From NCBI RefSeq assembly GCF_009914755.1, contig NC_060926.1: a DNA stretch of 64,000 nucleotides; one strand, 5' to 3'. The DNA comes from the human T2T-CHM13v2.0 reference genome, Homo sapiens. Both the position numbers and the translations under genes were made by a program. The stretch's first letter is position 1. The number at the start of each line of letters is the position of its first letter. Positions 51,741 to 64,000 of the stretch are shown here, one piece after another. A model generated the notes under the pieces. The model was not told where the DNA came from. It ran no database searches and saw only the letters and a program-made list of their open reading frames with translations.

Positions 51741-51954
51741 GGCCCATTCGTCCGCGGGTTCCTGGGTGGGCTCCCTCTTTCCCTACCACCCAAGGCAAAA
51801 CCAAGAGAGAAGGATTTTTCAACAACACTGTAGAGGCAGGAAATAAAAAGATGTGTGGATTGGTGGTTCTTAAATGTATGCTAATGCTGTCTAGTGGCAA
51901 CTTTGACTCATGAATCATTGCGCTTTTTCAGAAATGAGGCAGAACTATAGGTCA

Positions 51955-52152
51955 GTAGAACTATTGTTTAATGGTTCAACTTTCTGTGATAATAGAAATA
52001 TTCTATATCTTCACTGTATAGTATAGTAGCCACAAGTAACTTGAGCCCATGAATTTGGTAGGTGTGACTGAGGAACTGCATTTTCACTTTTATTTAATTT
52101 CAATTAATTTAAATCACCTGTGGCTAGTGGCTACCATATTAGACAATATAGC
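51955..52152. mobile_element. MER3-like hAT-Charlie MITE
   Basis: AACTTTCTGTGATAATAGAAATATTCTATATC...TAGTAGCCAC...GTGACTGAGGAACTG...TGTGGCTAGTGGCTACCATATTAGACA. Confidence 0.8.
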
Positions 52153-52267
52153 TTTAGAGTATTTAAAACTATGTTTCATTATTCACAAGTCATCTTAATA
52201 ATTTTTAAAATAAAGGATAGAGGTAAATAAGTTATATTAATGAGTGTTAAAATCAATATTAAGCTGA

Positions 52268-52563
52268 TTTTTTTTTTTTGAGATGGAGTCTCACTCTATT
52301 GTCCAAGCTGGAATGCAGTGGCTCAATCACAGTTCACTGCAGCCTCGACCACTTGGGCTCAAGTGATCCTTTCACCTAAGCCTCCTGAGTAGTTGAGACC
52401 ACAGGTGGACATCATTACGCCTGGCTAATTTTTTTTATTATTATTTGTAGAGATGAGGTATCACTATGTTGCCCAGGCTGGTCTCAAACTCCTGGGCTCA
52501 AGTGATCCCCTGGCATTGACCTCCCAAAGCGCTGAGATTATGGGCATGAACCACCGCAACCAG
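52268..52563 (-). mobile_element. Alu (AluJ-like)
   Basis: Reverse Alu flanked by TTAAGCTG(A/C)TTTT direct repeat. Confidence 0.93.
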
Positions 52564-54280
52564 TCTTAAGCTGCTTTTAACAACATTAAATGGAAATTGA
52601 GCTGAGGTCACAACCAAATATCACTATTCTAATAGAAACTTTGGGACATGGGAATAAATATGAAATCTTATCTACATTTATTATAAAATCTATGATAACA
52701 ATTTTAGTAGTCAAATTTCTAAAGTTTGACATAATACTGTAGGAACAATAATATCTCAGCAGCTCTACTGCATATTGATGATTCTAAGTAAAGGATCACT
52801 TTGGATTGATTACTGTTGATGGAGGAGAAAGATATTTTGAGATACAGGATTTTTCTTTATAATCTTTTCTTCACAATCTCACTAATTATATCTCATATTA
52901 TTATACAAATTTCTATAAATATTTGTCGACTCAAAATCTATATATAGCATACTTTACAATTTTAACTGTTTACTAGATTTACATTCTCTCTTAAAAGTCA
53001 TATTAATTGTAATCTAGTTTCCACTGTAACTATTTGAAAGTCTTTAATAATTGTTTTTGTACCTAATTAATAGCTTTCAGAATAATCATTATTGCCATAT
53101 TTTACGCCTACAGTTTGTTCTACTATAATATGTGTTTCTGCACTGTGAATCAGCTCATATGCACTAGGATCAGAGGATGGTGTTATCTTGGGGATCACAT
53201 TGGTTTACATGGAATATTTTCCAGCATATTAATGTTTTGTACCAGTGTGTAATGGCATCTGAATGCAAAGTGCACTAACCCAGCTGAATGTCTTGAGCTG
53301 GGTTGCACTGTGCCATTCATTCACCATGCTCCTCTTGGCTCCCTGGCAACATGCTCTTTCCTGGAGGTACTTACGGCATGGTTCTCCCTGATCTTTGTGT
53401 ACTTTGCCCTCATCTCCATAACTCAGCAGCCCCAATCCTTCATCGTATTCCCTTCCACAGATTAGTTTTAGGGTTTTGTTGTTATTCTTTGCGAAGTCCT
53501 ATTTATACAGTAGTATTTCTTTATTTATTAGTCATTTAACTTTTCAATAGCTGTGCTGGCATTTTTACTAGGATTATCATTTTTGTTAGCACATTAATTA
53601 TAAAGTTTGTATGTTTTGAGTGGAATTGCATACAATTAGAGTGACTTCACCCTGATACTATTTTGCATCTATTGTTTTTAGTGTATAATCTTGTAGACTT
53701 GAGTTCACTTCTTTTTAAAGAAATACATTTGTTGCATTAAGGCAAAACAACTGTGCATCAGTTTTTCAATTGAATGAGAAGATAGCAACAAAAACAATAA
53801 CAAAAATCATAAGGAGGTCTAGACTCCAGATTGCGATTAGAATGATTGCCTACATTTGAAAGTGAATATTCAGATATGAACGATGTTTCAAATTATATGC
53901 TTTGTTTATGTTATTGGTTTTCTTAAGCCAATTAGATATGATGGTAATTTCCAAATAATCTCACTGGTCACATATAAGTCCTGGGATGCCAGAAATGACA
54001 GTGAAGTTGGTTATTCATGATCTTCCAAAATCCTAGATCAAAGACAAATGAAAGCATAGATGTTGGCTGAATACTTAGGCCAAAGACAAAGTTCTATGTC
54101 TCTATTAGAAAGAAATAAATGCACACTGGCCTACATAAATTTTATTTATATATAAAATTTAAGTATATGTAAGTATATATATATGTATAATTTAAGTATA
54201 TTTGTATACATATATCGGTTTTTTTTTTTTTTTGAGATTTTGGTACATGTTCTTTTTAGGTCCTAAAAAGCCTAAAGAAT

Positions 54281-54576
54281 GGCCAGGTGTGGTGGCTTAT
54301 GCCTGTAATCCCCACACTTTAGGGGGCTAAGGTGGGTGGATCACAAGGTCAGGAGTTCGAGACCTGCCTGACCAACATGGTGAAACCCTGTCTCTACTAA
54401 AATTACAAAAATTAGCTGGGTGTGGTGGCAGGCGCCTATAATCCCAGCTACTCAGGAGACTGAGGCAGGAGAATCACTTGAACTCGGGAGGCAGAGGTTG
54501 CAGTGAGCCTAGATCACACCATTGTAGTCCATCCTGGATGACAGAGTGAGACTCTGTCTCAAAAAAAAAAAAAAAA
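54281..54576 (+). mobile_element. Alu (AluS-like)
   Basis: GGCCAGGTGTGGTGG...A-tail; degenerate TSD AAAAGCCT(A/G)AA(G/A)AAT. Confidence 0.95.
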
Positions 54577-56775
54577 GCCTGAAAAATATAACACACTTCT
54601 TCCCCATTTAGGGGGCCTCCTCTTTGGCCAAATATAATGCTGTTTCTTAGAATATATATGTAGAAAAAGCATCCATGAATGGCATGTTCATTCTCAGGAG
54701 TTTGAGTGCTTGTATCTCAGATCAAAGAAGTTTGTTAGCAAGTGGTATTAATATTTTGGGAGAAGTTGTTTCCTAGGTGTATGTTTGTAGGGAGGCAGTA
54801 TAAAGATCAATTCATATGTACCCAACTCAGTTTAGTGCCCTTAAGGTATTTGTCTTTTGAAGAAAACTACAATAATATTAACATCCCTTAAAATGTATGT
54901 GCATTAATTTCAGTTACATACTTTTAACTGCCTGCCATCAAATTTAGGGCTTCACACTGCCAGTATAACTCAGGAATGCTGCCCAGTGGCAAACAGCAAA
55001 GACTAAGATGAATTTGGAGCTTGATGCAAAATGTTCTCTGGGTCAGTATCCACCATTCCAGGTGCCATCTGGAGATCAAGTGCCTGGAGATTGTGCCTTG
55101 AGACATTCTATTGGTTAGAAAGGCAGACTCTGGGTTCAAAGCTCAGCTACGTCACCTCTCTGCTGTGTAAACTTGGTAAATTACTTAATATCTTTGTCTC
55201 AATTTTCTCTTTTTTGAAAGTCTGGGTAAAATGATTCCAATTATTTTGGGTTGCTGAGAGGATTAAATGAAATAAACATTAAGTAATTAGCATAATGCCT
55301 GGCACATTATAAATGTTTGATGCATGCTAGCCTTCATGATGATGAGGTTTTCTGAGTGTTTTTTTTCCAAGTTATAAGTAAAATCGTGACTGTGAAATAG
55401 CTAGTATTGCAAAGAGGCTCCCAGCTGAAAAGCCATAGAATGCTGTCATCACTGGAGTCAGGATTAAGGTAATCAGTCATATTGAAAAGGCAAACTGATC
55501 ACCAGCATTGATTAACTACATGGAAGCAGAGCATCTGACCCCATAGACAAGAGGATGTTACATTATGACCAAACAAAAATTCGTGTCAAAAAGAACATGG
55601 GAACTAATGCAACTAATGGCCTAGGCTAATAACTACCATGCAATTGGATACGCCAGTGACATTTGGTCTATCTCATGAACAAGCATTTTGATATATTCTT
55701 TTTTCACAACCCATATATTTCCAGTATACATTCATGTGATATACCTTAAAAGGACATAATGTCTATGACCACATGTTGAGAACTCATGGAGGGCATGGGT
55801 AAGAGTACAGGCTCTGGTTTCACATTTTCCAGCTCTTCCATGAACCAGATGTGTAATTCTGGCAAATTGCTAAAGACTCTGAGTCTTGGTTTTCTCATCT
55901 GTACAATGGAGGTAAAAATGATTCCTACTGCATAGATTTATTATGATGACTATACAGTTTAATTGACATCGAATATATGGTGCCTTGGGCATAATTAAAT
56001 AGTCAATAAATACTACCTATTAATAGTTGTAAATTATCATTATTTTTAAGCATTTATAAGTGATCCACCATTTTACAGAGACTTAAACATCACCTATGTC
56101 CAGAGTTCCTGCTATGCATGTTAGGTCATATATCTGAAAATGAGTGGAAATGGCAGTTAAGAAGGAGGCACAGAGCAAGTTTCTATTTCTAAATGGAAAT
56201 AGAGTTAGAAATAGAATTTCTCTAACAGTGAGTTAGACTAGCATTCCACTAGTCAGAATCTATGACCTTACAACATCTAATTGTGTGCCCAAGAGGAAAA
56301 GACATGAGTTTTGAAACGGATCCTAGCCTCTGCCCCAGACACTTTTGTATAAAGTTACTATATTACCTTTTAAAATAGGGACCATAATACAAATTTGTAA
56401 TCTAACTAGGAACAAGAGAAAACTGAATTGTAGCTGGAGATTCAGGAACAACTGAACTCAATATATCTCATTACTACAGAATAAAGATCTATGAATTAAT
56501 TTTTATGCAAATCAAAATTCAATTTCTTCGGAAAGCTCTTTGATGATTACAAGAACAAAAACTAGCAGTTAATTCTTAATCTGGATGAGGCACTGTGCTA
56601 AGAGCTTTATACATTTATCTAATTTACTTACTGTTGCTATACCTTAATGAAGTAGGAGTGATTATTTCTATTTTATATACTGAATTTCTATTTTATACTG
56701 AATCCCAAGAAAGTCAACATCCAAGAAATGTACTGCCTTGCCCAAGATCATAGAGACAGTACAAGGTGGAATACA

Positions 56776-57079
56776 GGCTGGGCGCGGTGACTCACACCTG
56801 TAATCCCAGCACTTTGGGAGGCTGAGGCAGGCAGATCACCAGGTCAGGAGATCGAGACCATCCTGGCCAACATGGTGAAACCCCATCTCTACTAAAAATA
56901 CAAAAAAATTAGCCAGGTGTGGCAGCGTGCTCCTGTAGTCCCAGCTACTCAGGAGGCTAAGACAGGAGAATTGCTTGAACTCGGGAGGCAGAGGCTGCAG
57001 TAAGCCGAGATGGGGCCACTGCACTCCAGCCTGGCAACTGAGTGAAACTCCGTCTCAAAAAAAAAAAAAAAAAAAAAAA
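56776..57079 (+). mobile_element. Alu (AluSc-like) inserted in a MIR
   Basis: GGCTGGGCGCGGTG...A-tail; TSD-like GTGGAATA on both sides. Confidence 0.95.
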
Positions 57080-57233
57080 GAAGTGGAATAGAAATGCAAA
57101 CACAGGTTTTGTTCCCAAAGCCATGAGACTCTACTGCTTCTTGTAACTTCTAATCATTCCTCTATTCAGAAATCCTTGTGTATAACCATCTGATGCTCCT
57201 ATATGTCTCTCTGCAAATGTTGATTTCTAAGCT

Positions 57234-57771
57234 GTATTGGTTAATTATTACTGTGTAACAAACACTCTTAAAGTACTGAGCTTTAAAGCAAGAATGACTT
57301 GTTATTTCTCAAGATTCTGCAGGTTCACTGGATGGTTTTTCTCTTTCAGTTGGGATTGGCTGGAGTCACATATGAAGCTGTATCCAACTGGTGGCTGGCT
57401 GGGCTGGCTGGAGGGTCCAAGAAAGCTCCTCTCACATGCCTGGGGCCCTTGTGTTATCAGCTGTGATACCTAAATTCTCCTTCATGTGGAGTCTCTCCTC
57501 ATAGCTTTTTCTCTTCCAGAACCTCTCCACTATTTTTATAGAATAGTCTGGAATTCCTTACAGCATAGAGGCTGTCTTCCAATAGCAAGAAAATAGAGGC
57601 TCCCAGTCCTCTTTAGGGAGAGGCCCAGAACTGGCTCAGCATCACTTCTGCCGCATTCTATTGGTCAAAGGAGTCATGAGCCTAGCTCAGATTAAAAGAG
57701 TGGGGAAAGAGATTTCACTGCTCAGTGGAAGAAGCAGCAAATAATTTATGGCCATCCTTTAATCCACCACA
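57234..57771 (-). mobile_element. MLT1-family LTR
   Basis: TGTATTGGTTAATTATTACTGTGTAACAAACACTC...CATCACTTCTGCCGCATTCTATTGGTCAAAG...TTTAATCCACCACA. Confidence 0.75.
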
Positions 57772-60109
57772 TGCCATTCTTTGTAGGAACATCTGGCACT
57801 GTCATCCAACTAAACCCCTGAAGGGAACATCTGGATCTTCTTGAGGTTGCAATTGGTTCTTAACAGCTAGAACTATGCTCTTCTGCACACAATGAGTCTA
57901 AAAAATTTTGATTAATTGAAAGTAGAAAAACCACAATCTATTAAATTTCCGTGGGAGAAAAAGCAGCTAGAACACTCACAACAGAACAGAGACCCTGAGG
58001 ACATCTTAGGCTTATCACCTGTGGAATTTGTTAAATAACTCCTTCCAATCATTTTCTTTCCAGAGAAACTGTGGCAATGCACCTACATCGCTTTATGGGT
58101 TCTCTGCTTCTGTGCATGCCCAGTCTTAGAGGCTCACGGATCATCTACTTGTCTGAGCTGAAATATGGAGGCTTTCTACTGATTTGCATCTGAAAATCAC
58201 AAAAAGTGGTACATTTGGAATTTAGGGCAAATGATAATTTAACATTGTACAATGAACTAACAATCGCATCAAAAGATTCTGCTAAAATGATTGTCCATTT
58301 TTTGTTGGCTGTCTATTAGAAGAAAAAGTTACTTAGGGCACACATAAAAAATATGTTGGCTCTCACATGATCTATTTTCAAGCATAGGTGGCTAATAGGG
58401 CTCACCCTAGACATGATAATCTTGGCTATAGAGTATGGCATCAGCCCTTAATTGTTCACTACTTTATAAAGGATTTTTTTTCTAGGTAAGGCATACACAC
58501 ACATGTGTACAAGCCAATAAATAAATAATAAAAGGTGATAAAGTTGTAAGTTGTACAAGTATAAAACTATGAGACTGAATAGGAATCAGCAATTGGGTAA
58601 CCTTATCAGTAAAACACAGGGATGCCCCTTGTGAAAGTGAAACAGCTTGGTTAAATTTGCCCTGTCTTTCTTTGCAGTAAACATCCAAAACCATGCATTC
58701 ACATATGGTTTGCTGTAGTAGAAGTAACACCTTTTGCTTCCATTCCAGCCTCCTTATTTGCCAAGATCCCTGTAAGCAGATAATGACAAAAATTTATGAG
58801 GGTTAGATCCAAAAACAAAGGCCTGGAGGCATATTGTTGGAAAGATAAAAACTGCTTTTTTGGGACTTCTCTATTTCTTTATTACCTGAGAAAAGATGGA
58901 GTAGTAATTGACATGTGGTTCTTGACAGATGTTGACAAGGGAAAAGCATGTCACTAAGCCCCTCGGAGTTTTTGCAAAGGATTATGATGCTTGTCTCCAT
59001 GTTCCATAACCTCAAGAGTACAATCAAATATCCTCCCTTACTCCAAGTGCCAAACAGACATCCATGCAGATGCTATAGGACTATATCAGCATCTGGCCAA
59101 AGAATATAATTCTCTTGTCTCACATAAAGGGTATACACAATAGAGACCATTGAAAGTGGAGTGAGTGCTTTGATATATTCTATTGTTAATCTCTCTTGAA
59201 ATAGAGTGATTTTTGTGGAGAAGTAATTCACCAAAAATTTTCCTTTTTAACACTCAGAGCTTGTATCGTGGCATGCACTATAAAATTAAACAATTTATTG
59301 TTTTGCTCCAAAATTGTATCCATATTTTTATTAGATAAAATAGTAGGATGATAGGAATATTAACAAATATGCTATTAGAATAGTACTGGATGAGAGTAAG
59401 AATTAGATTTAGACAGGAAACATTTTCTCCGTATTTGCCAAACATCCAGATGAAAAGTTGAAAATTTTTCAGTCATGCAGATGTTCTAAATATCCAGATG
59501 TTATGTAGAGAAGATATTTGGCAACAAACAAAACTTTCTTTATTCATCCATATGTTTCATTCTACTTTCATTTTGTAGAAAATTGTAGAATAATGGAAAT
59601 TACAAGCATATTTTAGTTTATGAAACCAAAAATCAAGCAAAATGTAGTAATACTATTTTCACATTTCTTTTCAGTATGTCTGCGGTAGTAAACTAAGAAT
59701 TCCTAGGGCTTTAATGAAAGAAGAATTGTTTATGATTTTAAAAAATCACACTGATCTGATTTCAGTATGCGCTGTATTCCTTTCTCACTTTATATTACTC
59801 CATGTTTTAATAATATGGCTAAATAATGATTTGAGATTTTCATTTGCTTTAGCCCTTATATTTTTAAGTTTACCTCTCTTTTCTGTATTAACTCCAGCAG
59901 TAGTTTCTGTGGTTCTACCAGAGAGGGAGTACATATCAGAGTGAAGGGCACAAATAGCTATAAATCACCCTAAATTTGGTTTCCAAAACTTAAGCCTCAA
60001 AGAAAAGAGTCTGGTTAATATGAGGAAAAATAAAGACACACATTTTTTCTTGGACTTCTAAATTTGTGGGCAGATAAACTAAAATTGAATAGTGCATGCA
60101 GAGGTTATA

Positions 60110-60647
60110 CTATCATGATTGTATCAGTCAGCTTAGGTGAGCTTAGGTATGCTTTAGGAACAATCAAGTCCAAAATCTCTTCGTAAAAGCAAAGGGTTAT
60201 TTCTAACACTACATGTCTGCTCTGGATTCTCTCTACTGGATATTTAAACTGAAGGAGAACCTCCTTGTTGAAACAATGACTTTCCTGTGACAAAAGGGGG
60301 AAAGAGCCAGGCATATTGGCACACATCGGTAATCCCAGCTCCTCAGGAGGCTGAGGTGGGAGGATAGCTTGAACCCAAGAGTTCAAGACCCACCTGGGCA
60401 ACATAGCAAGATTCCATCTCAAAAAAAAGGGGAGAGAAAAAGAATAATGGTGGATCCCACAATGGCTCTTAAATCTTCTGTTCAGAAGTAACCTATGCTA
60501 CTTCTGCTCAAAAATAATTGGACGAATCAAGTCATATGACCAATCCTGATATCTTTGGCCAGTAATTACAATCTTAATATTGGGACAGGCTCTAAGGGAA
60601 AGATTTGGCAGGGAGTGGAAACATTTTTACCTCAATACAATACCACA
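60110..60647 (-). mobile_element. MLT1-family LTR containing an Alu monomer (60305-60428, + strand)
   Basis: TGTATCAGTCAGCTTAGG... start, CAAGTCATATGACCAATCCTGA near end; FLAM-like insert with A-tail. Confidence 0.65.
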
Positions 60648-61518
60648 GTTCTCATTTTAAGCATGCATTATGTGCTTAATTGTTCATATTTCTGGGTTAG
60701 ATGTGTCAAAATAGTTATTCATCTACATTTTCCCCATGGGAGAATGTAAAATATGAGAGAAAACAACACTTAAGACAGATAGAAAACAGGATGAAAAGAG
60801 TGAAGCAGTGTTGGATGTTTCCAGATAAGTATGCAGTATTGTTTTATAAATCACATACAGAAGGACAGTAAATTCATGTTCAGAATAGAGGAAACTGGTC
60901 TCCATCTTATCAAATTGAAAAAAGTTTGTGAAGGAAAAGTTTGTGGCTTAGGAGCCATTTGAATGGGGGAGAAAAGTAATAAATAATGATAACTAACATT
61001 TGAGTGTCCTCTTACAATTTATAACTGTAATTTTATTTAATACTTTTAGCAACCACCTGAGGGAGATAGCATTGCTTCCATTTACAAGTGAGGACACTGA
61101 GGCTCAGGTTAAATGGTTGGCCCACATTTTCAGAATAAGTTTCAGAAGGAGAATTTGAGCAATTGCTCTACTTCTGTACATTGTATGCTTTACACACAGA
61201 AAAGGATGAGCCAGGAAAAGCATGTGGCGTACGTCAGGAGAGGGTCCCAAATGAGGGGATAGAATGGAAGGAAATGGCCCAAGCACAGTGTTGGATTTGG
61301 TTGGTGGAATTCTCCTATGTGAGAATATGAAGGAAGTGAAGCAGTCAGGTATATGTGACCTCAAGTGTTTTGAAGTCCTTAATTGGTGATATGGGAAGAA
61401 ATACAATGATTTACTTAAGAAATATTTGTTGAAGACCTGCAGACAAGATGATAGACAAGGAAGGCATTGCCAATACAGATTGTGGACATGGAAGAACTTA
61501 GCTGCGCCTAAAAGTTAG

Positions 61519-61828
<310 letters not shown>

Positions 61829-62092
61829 AGGTTAAAATTTTTAATAATTTAATTCTATTTTCCATCCCCCACCTTCAGCTGCCTTAGGCTAGCAGGATAT
61901 TAAGCAAAACTGTTCATAATTATTAGAATTATAAGGAAAGATTGGAAAATGGGTCTTGGTTCTCTTTGGAGAAGGATATTGATTCCTGTCGTTAGTGGAA
62001 AGAGCCAGGGTACTAGCATTGTTGAAAAAAATCGTGAGGTTGACCACTTCTGGCCAGAGACAACAGTGAGGAATGTTCCAATGGATTTGGTT

Positions 62093-64000
62093 TCTGTGTT
62101 CATTCAAGTCTTCTGAGAAGTAGTCACCAAGATGAGACTAGACCTGCAAGAGATATGTTTGGTGAAAAACCTATGAAGGATAGCAGGGAGGGAGCAGGAG
62201 AAGGTAGGGAAAGCACTCAGACTATGATGCAGGTCTCACACTTGTGAAAGAGAGGGGAAACAGAAGAGTTGGGTAGAAAGGGTCTCAGGTTGCAGTGGAG
62301 TTTTAAGAAAGTTTTGGCCAGGCTTGAGAAGCTGGGGTGTTCTCAAACCAAAATGGCTAGACACAGGAATTCTGTGTCTAGTGGGAATGGGCTGGGAATA
62401 CTACCCTCGTTCCACTCAGTCTTTGGCTGGCAGCTCCCAGTGGAAGATGTGGCCTCAGTGTGAACACAGTAATGGATCTAGAGGAGCAGGAATTGGGGCC
62501 ATCAGTCAACTATGCTCCCCACAGCAGGAGATATGTACCACCACAGTCCACCCCTTGCACTGCGAGCATCTACTTCTCCATTCAGGTTTGGGGGAGAATT
62601 CCTCCATGGCTCCCATCAGCCTCCCTTCATGAGGGGATCTTAGAGGGAAGTTAGTGGAACACATTATGGTCCCTGTCACTGCAGTTGGTCTCAGGGCTAT
62701 AACTGGTATTCATCCCCTTACTCCTCTATTATGAATTCTAAATTCCCTGCCTCCCCCGCCCTCGCTCAGCTACCACCTTGGCATGTGTAATTGCCTTACC
62801 TGGTGATATTATCTGAATCTTTATTTCTAAGGTATCTGGGCTTCTGGCAATAATACATTTCTCAGACCAGGTTGCTCTACATGTTTGTTAACCACTATAG
62901 TGGGCCAAAGATGTATCAGGAGGTGCCCAGTTGGATCACCTGAGTTGTACACATATTCCTTCCTAGCCCTATTGGTTAAAAGCAGCCCTACCTCCTCCGG
63001 CTGATCATGGTAAATTACCCTGCCAGAAAGGTTATTCTTTTCCTGATCTGCTTGTCCATGGACACAAGGAGTCCAAAGTGCCCTGGTAGAAGTCAGAGCT
63101 TATAGTTTAATGGTAACCTTTCTTTAGCTCCTGAAATGAGAGTTCTCTCTTTGCAGACCAGTACTTCTAAGCTTGTAGAGTTCATAACTGTGGGAAATAT
63201 GAGAACCACCCCCTCTAGTGTATTGTTTGGAAGGATGGTAAGTGGGACCAATCCTGCTTCTACTCCTTGGTTCCCAGTTCCATGTAGTTTTCCTGTTAGG
63301 AATACAGCACCATATGGAAGTTTCTGATTTAATGCACATACTGCATCCTGAAGAATGGTACCCTATCTTTTCAGAGAATTGCCTCTGAGCTGAAGCTTCA
63401 TCTATGTCTTTAGGAGGTTATCCAAGTACTCTCTAAGGCTGGCTGCTTATGCATGTGCTTATGCATAAGATCAGTGGATGCGATGGTCTTGTCAGAGATC
63501 CAGCCTTCTGAGTAGGGTGGTATATGACAAGATCAGTGTATCTTATCCAATGTGTCCAGTCCTGTACTTCCTTCATTTTGAAGTGGTTACCCTGGTTGGA
63601 TGCTATGCTGCACAGGATCCATGCCTGTGGATTAAGGCAGTTCATAAGTCCCTAGATAGCAGAGCTGGCTAAGGCTCTGTAAGCAGCAAAGGCAAATCTA
63701 CACTTGAAATGGGTATCCTTTCCTGTGATGATGAACCAATGGCTTCTCTAGAATGGACGGAGCCCAGTGTAGCCAATTTGCCATGAAGTAGCTGGTTGGT
63801 CTTTATCAAATATAGTACCATGCCAGGGGCTTGGTATTGAAATTCAGAGGCAGAGATAATTACATTGGCCTTGTAAATAGGAGTCTATGCTGATGGACTT
63901 GCCCACAGCCTTTGTACTCACAGGCTGTTTCTGGAGTGGCCAATGAGAAAGAATAGCTAACATCAACCAGGCAAATCATTTTGTGGACTTTGTTGTTCAA
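62093..64000 (-). mobile_element. ERVL-class provirus remnant: LTR16-like LTR (~62093-62545) plus HERV16-like internal pol fragments
   Basis: LTR-like segment followed by degenerate integrase-type sequence (minus: ASNQGNHFK.KEVQDW...IYHP.QKAG); runs off the window end. Confidence 0.65.

Noticed and set aside
56181-56216. Perfect 12-bp inverted repeat TTCTATTTCTAA / TTAGAAATAGAA
   Set aside because: AT-rich and low complexity; plausible by chance or local slippage, with no supporting context.
59067-59095. Inverted pair CAGATGCT ... AGCATCTG (two NeuroD-type E-boxes)
   Set aside because: Only 8-bp arms; not distinguishable from chance without binding data.

Overview
Human-type (primate) genomic DNA, not prokaryotic. 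It is recognisable as the NEUROD1 (BETA2) locus. The gene lies on the minus strand: TATA box ~14650, non-coding exon 1 ~14625-14538, a 1558-nt intron, and exon 2 carrying the whole 356-codon bHLH CDS (12968-11898) plus a ~1.3-kb 3' UTR. CpG-rich regulatory DNA extends to ~19.6 kb and includes a good RE1/NRSE (REST) match. A processed SAP18 retrocopy with a still-open full-length ORF sits inside a Tigger-type DNA transposon at ~28.5-29.3 kb. The rest is repeat-rich intergenic sequence (Alu, L1, L2, MIR, THE1/MLT MaLRs, ERV1/ERVK/ERVL remnants). The least expected signals are a heavily decayed, internally inverted piggyBac-like transposase fossil at ~39.7-40.5 kb, a 9-codon uORF in NEUROD1 exon 1, a dense microRNA-site array plus an A39 tract in the 3' UTR, and a multi-layer nested, 5'-inverted L1. 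Repeat subfamily names come from remembered consensus sequences and need RepeatMasker/Dfam confirmation. I see no CRISPR array, tRNA or rRNA, and no demonstrably new multi-gene system.
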